Assembly: GCA_964444795.1 (NCBI GenBank)
Contig: CAYUIQ010000010.1
Span: forward strand, 8,047-72,046
Direction: 5' to 3'
Origin: an uncultured Planctomycetaceae bacterium
Lineage (GTDB): Bacteria > Planctomycetota > Planctomycetia > Pirellulales > Thermoguttaceae
DNA length: 64,000 nt
The position numbers and the translations under genes were made by a program. The notes under the pieces are model-generated. The model was not told the origin of the DNA, made no database searches, and saw nothing but the letters and a program-made list of their open reading frames with translations. Below, piece by piece: positions 39,450 through 47,548 of the stretch. Numbering within the stretch: position 1 is the stretch's first letter; each line of letters opens with the position of its first letter.

Positions 39450-41552
39450 TCACGGTTCATGCACACTCGCGGCCTCACCGCCGTCCGGCGTGATCAGACC
39501 GCGAAGACGTTTGGCATCGATTCTCTTGGGCAGAATGCGGGTGTGTCCATCGAAGAACACCACGGGAAAGCCTACCTCGGGAACTTCGCCGAGCGCGGAA
39601 CCCGGGTCCTCGGGATCAAAGGGCAGATCTTCGGGCTTGGTCCAGGGCACGGCCTTGTCGGGGCCCGCTTCCACCACCATGATCGTGTTGCTTTGGCCGT
39701 CTGATACGTCCTGGGCGCTGACGGCTTTGGTACCGTCGAATGCCGCGCCCTCGCCGGTAAACACCATCATCGAAGTCTTGCCGTCTTCCCGCTGACCTTC
39801 ACCGTGGTACACCTCGGGCATGCTGGCCAGCAACTTGATGTTGTGCGGGCTGTCCCAGGGCTCGTCGAGATGGAACTCTTCGTACAGAACTTGCTGGTCG
39901 AGATAGGGCAGGATCGCCACGCGCCAGCTCAACAGCGGTTTGCCTGCTTCACTCCAAGCGGCCGGCGAAAATTCCCCGTGGTCTATCTCGAACATCATTA
40001 TGGCTCTGCTGATCTGGCTTAGACTTACGCTCTGCTGGATCTGGTGTTCGAGTTGCCGGCGGTAGGGACTGTCCGGGAGAATCGCGGCCAGGGCGCCGTA
40101 GAAGACCGTCTTGTCGCCGGGCGTTTCGCTTCGCGCTAACCGTTCCAGGGCTGGGACGGCCGCTTCGGCGTCCGGTCCGATCGCCGCCAAAGCTAGCGCG
40201 GCCCGGGCGCGAAATTCCTCGTCGGGGTCCTCAAGCGCCTTCCGCAAGGCAGGAACGGCTGCCGGACCCAAACTTCCCAAGGAGGCCATGATTTCATCCG
40301 CAACGGGCCGGTCCTTGGCGGTGTGCAAGGCTTCCATCAAAGTGGGCACCGCGTCGCGGCCGATCTTCCACAAGGCTTCGATGATTGCCGGGGAATACAG
40401 CACGTTCTCATCGTCTGCCTCCTCGTCTTCCATGGCCCGGCGCAACAATACGGCAAGTTCCCCAACGGCCGACTTGGCGTCCGGTCCGATTTCGCCCAAC
40501 GTGTAAACGGCGACCGCGCGGACATCTCGCGACTCGTTTCCCAGCAGCCGGATCAGGTCGGGTACGGTCGACGCGGCCTCCGGCCCCAAGTATGCCAACG
40601 CTTGAGCCGCTCTCACCCGCAGATCCGGCTCGTCGCTGCCCAGTGCCCCGTGCAGCACGGGCAGATGCTTGCTCTCCCAGGGTAGTGCCGTGAGTGCCCA
40701 GTGGCGGACTTTCACGTCTGCTTCTTTGCTGTCGAATGCCGATATCAGCGTGTCGTCGGCTTCCAAGCCCGTGGCCGCCAGAGCCAGCGCGGCAATGGCG
40801 CGATCCTCCGAGCGACCGGACTCTTTCACTTTCTTCAGCGCGGCCTCCGCCGCCGGACCGATTGCCCACAAGGCGTACAAGCTGGCCGATCGGACCTCGG
40901 CCGATTCATCGTTCCTCGCTTTGCCCAGAGCGGAAATCACCGATTCGGTCCGTGTACCCAGGGGGGCGCCCTTGGCGAACAGGCCCAGTCCGTAGGCGGC
41001 GCCCGCCCGCACCCACGGCTCTTCGTCCTCAAGTGTCTTGATCAGAGCCGGCAAGACCAGTTCGGCCCGGACACGGAGCTTTCCCAAGACCATGGCCGCG
41101 AGACGGCGATCCCATGGGTCTTCCCTGTCGAGAATCTCGACCAACTCGGGGATGGCCTCTTTGGCGCCCGGGCCGATTTTTCCCAGGGTTTTGATCGCCG
41201 CAAGCCGGAGATCGGGATAGTGGCCCGATTCGCCGATTATTTTGACGAGATCACCAACGGCGGGCTTCGCGCCGGCACCCATTCTACCGAGTACCCAAGC
41301 CGCCTTGACCGCGCACTCCTCTTGCGGATGATCCAGCCGCCGGGCCCAATAGTCCACCGGTCTTCCCAGGTATTGTGGCGGCCCGGCCGGTGCCGATGGC
41401 TCCGCGGCTGTCGGTTGCGGCCCGGCCGGATTCACCGGATCTAGAGAAGCTGGCGGGGCCGTGCTCGCGTCGCCGTTGTCGGATGAGCACCCGCCGACGC
41501 ATAGAGCGAGCATGACCGCGACGATGGTGCCCCAGATTACGCGAGATGCCAT
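39450..41552 (-). CDS. HEAT-repeat lipoprotein fused to a C-terminal DUF1559 (H-X9-DG-type) domain
   Basis: Lipobox LALCVGGC. More than 10 HEAT repeats (DLRLAAIKTLGKIGPGAKEAIPELVEIL...). The C-terminus LLSWRVAILPYLDQQVLYEEFHLDEPWDSPHN...SDGQSNTIMVVEA is typical of planctomycetal DUF1559. Confidence 0.8.
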   Translation of the reverse strand: MASRVIWGTIVAVMLALCVGGCSSDNGDASTAPPASLDPVNPAGPQPTAAEPSAPAGPPQYLGRPVDYWARRLDHPQEECAVKAAWVLGRMGAGAKPAVGDLVKIIGESGHYPDLRLAAIKTLGKIGPGAKEAIPELVEILDREDPWDRRLAAMVLGKLRVRAELVLPALIKTLEDEEPWVRAGAAYGLGLFAKGAPLGTRTESVISALGKARNDESAEVRSASLYALWAIGPAAEAALKKVKESGRSEDRAIAALALAATGLEADDTLISAFDSKEADVKVRHWALTALPWESKHLPVLHGALGSDEPDLRVRAAQALAYLGPEAASTVPDLIRLLGNESRDVRAVAVYTLGEIGPDAKSAVGELAVLLRRAMEDEEADDENVLYSPAIIEALWKIGRDAVPTLMEALHTAKDRPVADEIMASLGSLGPAAVPALRKALEDPDEEFRARAALALAAIGPDAEAAVPALERLARSETPGDKTVFYGALAAILPDSPYRRQLEHQIQQSVSLSQISRAIMMFEIDHGEFSPAAWSEAGKPLLSWRVAILPYLDQQVLYEEFHLDEPWDSPHNIKLLASMPEVYHGEGQREDGKTSMMVFTGEGAAFDGTKAVSAQDVSDGQSNTIMVVEAGPDKAVPWTKPEDLPFDPEDPGSALGEVPEVGFPVVFFDGHTRILPKRIDAKRLRGLITPDGGEAASVHEP

Positions 41553-41666
41553 GGCGATTCCCTCCTAAACCTTCGGAGAACGGGGAATAGTGGAACCTGC
41601 TGGTATCGACTCCGTGCATGTCGGCTGGCCGTGCCAAACGCTCGAACAAATGTCGGAGTGGTCTTG

Positions 41667-42152
41667 CTAGCGATCCGAAAACGACCGGCTGGGCATCGAG
41701 TCGCTGGGCATCGGCCGGCTACTGCCCCAAGACCCCGAGCCACTGGGCATGGAATCACTCGGCATCGGCCGGCTACTGCCCCAAGACCCGCTGTTGCTGG
41801 GCATCGAATCGCTGGGCATCGGCCGGCTGCTACCCCAGGATCCGCTGCCGCTGGGCATCGAGTCGCTCGGCATCGAATCGCTGGGCATCGGCCGACTCTG
41901 GCCCCAGCCATCCCAACGACTTGGCGAATCGCGGTGCGGTGCGGAGTCTCGGCTGGGGTTCTCAAAGCCGGCCGGTGCGTGATCCGGCTGCCAATCCCGC
42001 CGCGGGCCATCGGCGCGGGGCGGCTTCGCGCCGGACTCCTCCTCGAAGGTCATCCCGCCCATCGGGAAATCGCCGCCCGGGTCGCCGCAGCTTGCACCCA
42101 GCACCAGGAGCAGGCTGCCCAGTGTACCCATTTGCCAAAGCGAACGGTTCAT
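41667..42152 (-). CDS. repeat-containing lipoprotein (Ser/Pro/Met-rich tandem repeats)
   Basis: Signal plus lipobox LLLVLGASC. The C-terminal half is 3-4 copies of GSGSWGSSRPMPSDSMPS. Confidence 0.6.
   Translation of the reverse strand: MNRSLWQMGTLGSLLLVLGASCGDPGGDFPMGGMTFEEESGAKPPRADGPRRDWQPDHAPAGFENPSRDSAPHRDSPSRWDGWGQSRPMPSDSMPSDSMPSGSGSWGSSRPMPSDSMPSNSGSWGSSRPMPSDSMPSGSGSWGSSRPMPSDSMPSRSFSDR
41691..41905. repeat. tandem 54-bp repeat (about 3.9 copies) with nested 15-bp sub-repeat
   Basis: The unit gggcatcga(g/a)tcgctgggcatcggccggct(a/g)ctgccccaagaccc...gct repeats head to tail. It lies inside the CDS 41667-42152. Confidence 0.85.
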
Positions 42153-42371
42153 GGCTCACCTCGCCTCAGGTCCATGGAAAGAGCGGACCAGATCCTTGCC
42201 CTTGCGGGACTGCCCGCGGGCCTCCACATCCTACTGATAGGAATTCTGATCCCCGGCGGCCGGCGATGCAACCCCCCGCCGCCCCTTCTGACCCTTTTTT
42301 GCCGCCGTTTCTTCGCCACCGGATATGCGCCAACTGCTCTACTCAGATTGCCGTTCTCTGAAGAACACACG

Positions 42372-43010
42372 TTATCCCGCCCGGGCCACCACCAGTTCGT
42401 TCATCGCCTTGACGATGTCGTCGGTGATATCGAGACCGGACTGATGGACGATTCCTCGATTGACTTGGCGAAGGACCTCCTGGGGCGTCTTCGCATCCTC
42501 GTCCGCCGGGTTGCCGCGGAGGACCAAGTGAATCTCGTTGGTTCGGGCATACTCCGCCACGACCTGCTCGAGCATGGTGTAAACCTCGGCGTAGAGGTCG
42601 GCCTCGGCCTGCATCATGCGTTTCCGCGTCTGGGCAACAAAGAGTTGGACATCGGCCCTTTTTCGGGCGATGTCGGCTTCGACCTCGTCGTATTCCGGGG
42701 TTCCCCGCTTGAGGTCCTTGAGCTTATTGACCAGATCGGTCCCTTCGGTCTGGCGAACGCGGACTTCTTCCTCCAGTCCGGCCACCTCCCGCTTTAGTTC
42801 CGCTAGCTGATCGTTGAAACGATCGCACTGCTTGAGGACTCGACTCACGTCGAGCACCGCGACGTGCGTCTCGGCCAAGTGCTGCCGGTTGACACCACCG
42901 GCCGTCTTGGCGTCGGGGTCGTCCGCAGTGGCTTCGAGTTGCCCGGCCAGCCGGCCAAACGCAGCGGCCAGGACGACGGCTCCCAGCAAAAATCCGATCT
43001 TCCGGGACAT
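42372..43010 (-). CDS. OmpH/Skp-family periplasmic chaperone
   Basis: ATG 43010 gives the signal MSRKIGFLLGAVVLAAAFG. The coiled-coil body (VAVLDVSRVLKQCDRFNDQLAELKREV...) is typical of OmpH. Confidence 0.75.
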   Translation of the reverse strand: MSRKIGFLLGAVVLAAAFGRLAGQLEATADDPDAKTAGGVNRQHLAETHVAVLDVSRVLKQCDRFNDQLAELKREVAGLEEEVRVRQTEGTDLVNKLKDLKRGTPEYDEVEADIARKRADVQLFVAQTRKRMMQAEADLYAEVYTMLEQVVAEYARTNEIHLVLRGNPADEDAKTPQEVLRQVNRGIVHQSGLDITDDIVKAMNELVVARAG

Positions 43011-43112
43011 TTCGAGTTCCTCCTGAAGGAATGTCATATGGTCCCGACAGCGCGGGAGTGGCCAAACAACCTTGGTATAATCACTCATCCGGCAGGCCGT
43101 GTCAACGCGCAA

Positions 43113-43874
43113 TCACGACTCATCATCGTCCGACCACGGATCGCGCTGGGTCGCTTCGTCGTCTGCCGCGGCCGATTCGCCGCCAATCCAATCCTTCAGG
43201 CCGTCGACGACCAGAAATCCTCCGGCCGCCACGACTCCGGCGAAGTAGCCCGCGACCGCGCCCAACGGGCACAAGACCATCGTCACGGCGATGAACTGGA
43301 ACACAAAGACTGCCGGACGAGGGGACGCGCCGCCGGCGAAATACGCCGAAAAGACCATGTATGCCGCGACCTCCATGGGGAGCACGATAGCCCCGGCCAA
43401 CATCGAGGCGTCTCGCGGCCTGGTTCCGCCAAACAGGACAATCTGCCCCAAGACAACTGCCGTCAGCAGAACGCCGACGCCAATGAACCATACCGGGGGG
43501 ACGTCCAGCGAGCGCATCGTTCCGAACAGCAGCGCGAACGTCACCGACAGCAGCATCAGGGCGCCGACACCAAACCGTCGCGGCACCTGGGCCAGTTCCG
43601 GCGGCGACGGCCGCGACCAAGGTTCGAAGGGGGTTGCGCGATCCGCTGACGTCGGGAATCGGCGCATCTGGGCCCGTTCTTCCGGCGACGCCTCGTAGAG
43701 GACCACCCAGTCGGCAGGTCTCAAATCGACCGCTTCCAACTCGGCCCGTTCCAGCCGAATCGGCGGCAACTGCTGGGGAAGCGGCTGGACATCCTCAGGT
43801 TGGAGATCTTCGGCCGAGAGGTCGATCGGCGGCTCCTCGGCCGGACGACGATCATCGGCGTGGTCATCCTGCAT
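43113..43874 (-). CDS. hypothetical polytopic membrane protein, divergent from lexA
   Basis: Taking ATG 43874 (MQDDHADDRRPAEEPP...) gives an acidic N-terminus followed by about 4 TM helices. No family recognised, and the start is uncertain. Confidence 0.5.
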   Translation of the reverse strand: MQDDHADDRRPAEEPPIDLSAEDLQPEDVQPLPQQLPPIRLERAELEAVDLRPADWVVLYEASPEERAQMRRFPTSADRATPFEPWSRPSPPELAQVPRRFGVGALMLLSVTFALLFGTMRSLDVPPVWFIGVGVLLTAVVLGQIVLFGGTRPRDASMLAGAIVLPMEVAAYMVFSAYFAGGASPRPAVFVFQFIAVTMVLCPLGAVAGYFAGVVAAGGFLVVDGLKDWIGGESAAADDEATQRDPWSDDDES

Positions 43875-44013
43875 CACGTTCCCTCCGGCGGTGACCCCAC
43901 GGCAAACACACCCAAATCCTACCGTGTCGCCCGGCCGCGGGAAAGAACCACCCCCCCCGCATGGAGGAAATTGAGAATTCCCGACGATTTCCGCCGGTGT
44001 GGGACTTGACTGT

Positions 44014-44040
44014 GTACAGCCGTATATTGTACGATTGTTC
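44014..44040. promoter_or_regulatory. candidate LexA operator(s) in the lexA / membrane-protein divergent region
   Basis: GTACA-N9-TGTAC inverted repeat (44014-44032) overlaps GTAC-N4-GTTC (44029-40), which is one mismatch from the Gram-positive GAAC-N4-GTTC box. It lies 64-90 nt upstream of the lexA ATG. The LexA box for this lineage is not known to me. Confidence 0.3.
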
Positions 44041-44103
44041 AGGAATCCACCATGGGTGTGGCACGCCAGCCAGCCCGTTTTCCGATCCCGAGGGTAATAA
44101 GAC

Positions 44104-44712
44104 ATGGATCCCATCGAACAACTGACCGCGCGGCAGAAGAAGGTTTATCTGTTCATCCGCGAGAAGATCCGCTCGCGGGGATACGGGCCGACGGTCCGCG
44201 AGATCGGCACTCAATTCAAGATCCGCTCGCCCAACGGCGTGATGTGCCACCTCAAGGCCCTGGAGCGCAAGGGGATGATCACGCGCGAGCCGAACATGTC
44301 GCGGGCCATCCAGTTGTCCACCGAGCCGGCCCATCTTCGCGGGCTGCCCCTGGCCGGACGCATCGCCGCCGGCGTCTTGCACGAAGCGATCGAACAGGAC
44401 GAGCGGGTCGAACTCGACGCCATGTTCGACCCCGAGAACAAGGACCTGTTCGTGTTGGAGGTCGACGGCGACTCGATGATCGACGACCAGATCGCCGACG
44501 GCGACTACGTGGTGATTCGCAAGCAGCGAACCGCCAGAAAGGGCCAGATCGTGGTCGCCTTGACCGACGAAAATGAAGCCACGCTCAAACGCTGGTTTCC
44601 CGAGAAGAACCGCATCCGCCTCGAGCCGGCCAACTCGCGGATGAAGCCGATCTACGTGAAGAACGCCAAGGTGATGGGCGTCGTGGTCGGCGTGGTGCGG
44701 AAGGTGCAGTGA
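44104..44712 (+). CDS. lexA: LexA repressor (SOS regulator, S24 peptidase)
   Basis: Winged-helix N-terminus LTARQKKVYLFIREKIRSRGYGPTVREIG, Ala-Gly cleavage site (GRIAAGVL), catalytic region GDSMIDDQI...KGQIVVAL. Confidence 0.9.
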   Translation: MDPIEQLTARQKKVYLFIREKIRSRGYGPTVREIGTQFKIRSPNGVMCHLKALERKGMITREPNMSRAIQLSTEPAHLRGLPLAGRIAAGVLHEAIEQDERVELDAMFDPENKDLFVLEVDGDSMIDDQIADGDYVVIRKQRTARKGQIVVALTDENEATLKRWFPEKNRIRLEPANSRMKPIYVKNAKVMGVVVGVVRKVQ

Positions 44713-44893
44713 GTTTTCGCACGGCCCGCCATTCCCCCCAAAAGCATAAACGAGTTGGCGGCCGGCGAAGGCTTGCTCCGAGCCTTTTCACCGTGGTACA
44801 ATACCCCCTGTCGTTGGCGAGGCCAGGACGACGGAGACTCCATAGCCCCGCAGCCACTCCGCTGGTCAGTGTGTTCGTTAGCGCGGTGAGACG

Positions 44894-45376
44894 ATGAAAC
44901 TAAGACTCGCGATCGTTGCGTGCCTCGTGCTGGCAGTCTTTGGCCTCATTCTCCTTGCCGTGTCTCGCAGTCGGCCTTCACCGGGCGTTGCCTATCACAA
45001 CGGCGTTCTCCAGCAGTGTCTGTCAGAGGAGGTGGAGATTCTGATCAAGTGCAAGGACCCCAGCACACGAGAGGCCTTCTCGAAGACCGTTTCGGTAACG
45101 GAGAAGGACAGGACGGTGTGGCTGCTTGACCATCTCAGGATCAATAGACCACCCGCCAAAGAAGGAATGTTTCACCACTGCCGGGGGCATCTCGTCATCG
45201 AAATCAAGACGCCGGAGCATACGCACACGACGCAATACGACCATGGCGAGGGAATATATCCCATCAGTGATGGCACGCACCGCGTAGGGTTTGCCTTGTT
45301 GGAGCAGGCCGCGTGTTCGGAACTCAACGAGTACTTCCGTTCGCTAGGTTTCACTGATGAGGATCTTGGCATATAG
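44894..45376 (+). CDS. hypothetical membrane-anchored protein
   Basis: 160 aa with an N-terminal TM anchor (MKLRLAIVACLVLAVFGLILLAV). No family recognised. It lies in the lower-GC patch. Confidence 0.55.
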   Translation: MKLRLAIVACLVLAVFGLILLAVSRSRPSPGVAYHNGVLQQCLSEEVEILIKCKDPSTREAFSKTVSVTEKDRTVWLLDHLRINRPPAKEGMFHHCRGHLVIEIKTPEHTHTTQYDHGEGIYPISDGTHRVGFALLEQAACSELNEYFRSLGFTDEDLGI

Positions 45377-45468
45377 AGGGCTAACCGGCGGATGCACCAG
45401 TCGCCAAGTGCCAGTGGCACCCAGCGCGCGACGCCGAATGAATGAAAACGGCCGGATGGCCGAACCAC

Positions 45469-45490
45469 GGCTTAACCCCAACCTGGGAAG
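45469..45490 (+). repeat. 22-bp direct repeat, copy 1 (ggcttaaccccaacctgggaag)
   Basis: Exact match to 46594-46615. It is preceded at 45408-45422 by gtgccagtggcaccc, which also ends the right arm of the element at 46547-46593. Confidence 0.85.
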
Positions 45491-45549
45491 CCACCTGCCT
45501 CGCGAATTCTCGGCAGCCGATAAATCAGATAGTCCTGCGAGTAAAGAGT

Positions 45550-46395
45550 ATGGACATGTTTGAACAGCTTGAAGACATCAACACTCGACCTGAACCGTTT
45601 GAGTGCTATACGGCGGCAGATCTGTGGACCGACAATCATACCTCGGGGCAGATGCTCGCCTGCCATCTCAACGCCGATATCGATGTGTCCTCTCGTCGAG
45701 TTGAGTTCATCGACCAATCCGTTGCATGGATCGGCTCGCATTTTGATGTCGGCACTGGTACCCGGATTGCCGATTTCGGCTGCGGCCCCGGACTCTACGC
45801 AAACCGGCTCGCCATGCTCGGTGCCAGCGTAACGGGCATTGATTTCTCAAAACGCTCGATCAAGCACGCACGCACAGTTGCCGCGGAGGAGGGATTGACG
45901 GCCGCATACGTTAACCAGAATTACCTGGAATTCGAAACCGAAGATCGGTTCGACATCATCCTGATGATTATGTGCGACTTCTGTGCCCTCAGCCCCGCGC
46001 AGCGCATGACTATGCTGGAGAAGTTCCGGGCCCTTCTGGCGTCAGGAGGCTCAGTCCTGCTCGACGTCTATTCCGTGAATGCTCTCGAACAACGTGAGGA
46101 GGCCGTCTCCTACGAGGAGAACCTGCTCAATGGATTCTGGTCACCCGAGAAGTACTACGGTTTCCTGAACACCTTTAAGTACGACGACGTCGGCGTGGTC
46201 TTGGACAAGTACACCGTAGTCGAGGCCAAGCGTACACGGACAGTCTATAACTGGCTCCAGCACTTCTCCCCGGGATCCCTGCGGAGCGAGTTCGAGAACG
46301 CGGGATTCGCACAACAAGAGTTCTACGGCAATGTGGCAGGGGCACCGTTTGCTGAGTCTGCTTCAGAATTCGCCATCGTGGGAAAGCGGAAATAA
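45550..46395 (+). CDS. class I SAM-dependent methyltransferase (small-molecule type)
   Basis: Motif I IADFGCGPGLYANRLAMLGASVTGIDFS with an acidic post-I residue. No (D/N)PP(Y/F) DNA-methyltransferase motif. ATG at 45550 (MDMFEQLED). Confidence 0.85.
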   Translation: MDMFEQLEDINTRPEPFECYTAADLWTDNHTSGQMLACHLNADIDVSSRRVEFIDQSVAWIGSHFDVGTGTRIADFGCGPGLYANRLAMLGASVTGIDFSKRSIKHARTVAAEEGLTAAYVNQNYLEFETEDRFDIILMIMCDFCALSPAQRMTMLEKFRALLASGGSVLLDVYSVNALEQREEAVSYEENLLNGFWSPEKYYGFLNTFKYDDVGVVLDKYTVVEAKRTRTVYNWLQHFSPGSLRSEFENAGFAQQEFYGNVAGAPFAESASEFAIVGKRK

Positions 46396-46432
46396 CCGTC
46401 ACAGAACAAGGCAATGAACCTGACAGAGCGCC

Positions 46433-46593
46433 GGGTGCCACTGGCATTCTGCCAGTGCTTTCTGGATTCGTAGCTTGCATATTGCGCGACCGGGAAAGCT
46501 CGACGCGAGAATCGGCCGCGCGGATCGTTGCTTGGTTACTTCCGGGTGCAAGCTACGAATCGTAAGAGCACTGGCAGAATGCCAGTGGCACCC
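46433..46593. repeat. MITE-like element with 47-bp imperfect terminal inverted repeats
   Basis: The left arm 46433-46479 and right arm 46547-46593 are reverse complements except for a 7-nt patch. Each arm carries an internal hairpin CACTGGCA-NNN-TGCCAGTG. It is immediately followed by direct-repeat copy 2. Confidence 0.75.
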
Positions 46594-46615
46594 GGCTTAA
46601 CCCCAACCTGGGAAG
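46594..46615 (+). repeat. 22-bp direct repeat, copy 2
   Basis: Exact match to 45469-45490. Confidence 0.85.
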
Positions 46616-46911
46616 TTACTTACGTCGCGCCTCCTGGGAAGGCGCTTTCGGAGATCATCTGCATGGCGCGCCCGGATATCCCGTCAGCGGTTTCCTGCCG
46701 GGGGGTAGGTAGCGAATTGGCGCGCACTTTCACGCCGAGTTATTCGCTGGGCGCTTTGCCGGTCGAAGGCACGTAAGGCGTTGTGGACTAGTGCTTCTTG
46801 TGGTATCGTCAGCGTTGATCCCTTACCTGAAGTGACTTACCATTACCCCTTACGAAGAGACCATCCAAGGTTCAACAATCAAAGGAACATCCCCTGGCAA
46901 AGGAGATACAG

Positions 46912-47538
46912 ATGGACGCGAAAGCGGAACTGCGTAAGGTGCTAGGATCCCAGACGAACGACAAAGCGGTACACGCTCAGGCAATCCTGAGCATCATCTC
47001 AGAAGTTGAATCTCGGGATGAAAAGATCGAGTTGCTTGACTACACCATCACAGACCTAGGAAAAGTCGAGAAGCATGAGCAAATTCTCTCGAACAAGGGC
47101 ATAGATCCCCAGCGATGGGACGACCTGAATTCCAAATTGCTGGTGATTGTCAACAATTATGTGCGCAACGCTTTCTTCAGCACAAAGAACAGCCAAGAGT
47201 TTGCCGCTGAACTCCTGCGAATTCTTGATTTCTTCGCTGACCCTGACGAGAAGGCCTTCTGCCTTGCTGTCGTTCTCTACACAACCAGTGTGGTTCCTTA
47301 CCACAATCTGCCTGGGGATGCTATCACGCTTACTGAGGATGAGTTCAAACAATTGATCCTCGCGAACAAGGACAAAAGCGAACTAATGCGCTACCTTGTG
47401 GAACTTCCGTTCTTCGACTGGACACAGGCCGCTTCGCAGGTCCTTCAGGTTATTGACGACTGCGGAGACAATAAGAAACTGCGCATCGCACTTCTTACCC
47501 TTTTTATGATGGCGAAGACGAATGCCGAGCGGAAGTAG
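46912..47538 (+). CDS. hypothetical all-helical protein (first gene of low-GC two-gene cassette)
   Basis: 208-aa ORF with an AAGGAG SD 8 nt upstream of the ATG. GC is 26/60 in line 47101-47160. No motif recognised. Confidence 0.65.
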   Translation: MDAKAELRKVLGSQTNDKAVHAQAILSIISEVESRDEKIELLDYTITDLGKVEKHEQILSNKGIDPQRWDDLNSKLLVIVNNYVRNAFFSTKNSQEFAAELLRILDFFADPDEKAFCLAVVLYTTSVVPYHNLPGDAITLTEDEFKQLILANKDKSELMRYLVELPFFDWTQAASQVLQVIDDCGDNKKLRIALLTLFMMAKTNAERK

Positions 47539-47548
47539 GAGGAAGCAG

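Noticed and set aside
41691-41905. Regularly spaced repeats that might suggest a CRISPR array.
   Set aside because: The 54-bp units are contiguous with no unique spacers. They lie in frame inside a lipoprotein ORF and encode a peptide repeat. No cas genes are nearby.
46436-46593. TGGCA/TGGCAC strings inside the repeats as sigma-54 (-24/-12) promoters, given the adjacent NtrC-type regulator.
   Set aside because: The spacing and -12 element do not fit TGGCAC-N5-TTGC: the positions 10-11 nt downstream are not GC in a TTGC context. The strings are part of the hairpin arms.
46528-46776. Small ORFs spanning repeat elements (46528-46776, 34426-34662, 34533-34784, 36155-36448, 45357-45563, 20037-20333).
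   Set aside because: They are generated by palindromic or dispersed repeats: the same peptide strings recur wherever the repeat recurs. They also lack SD sequences.
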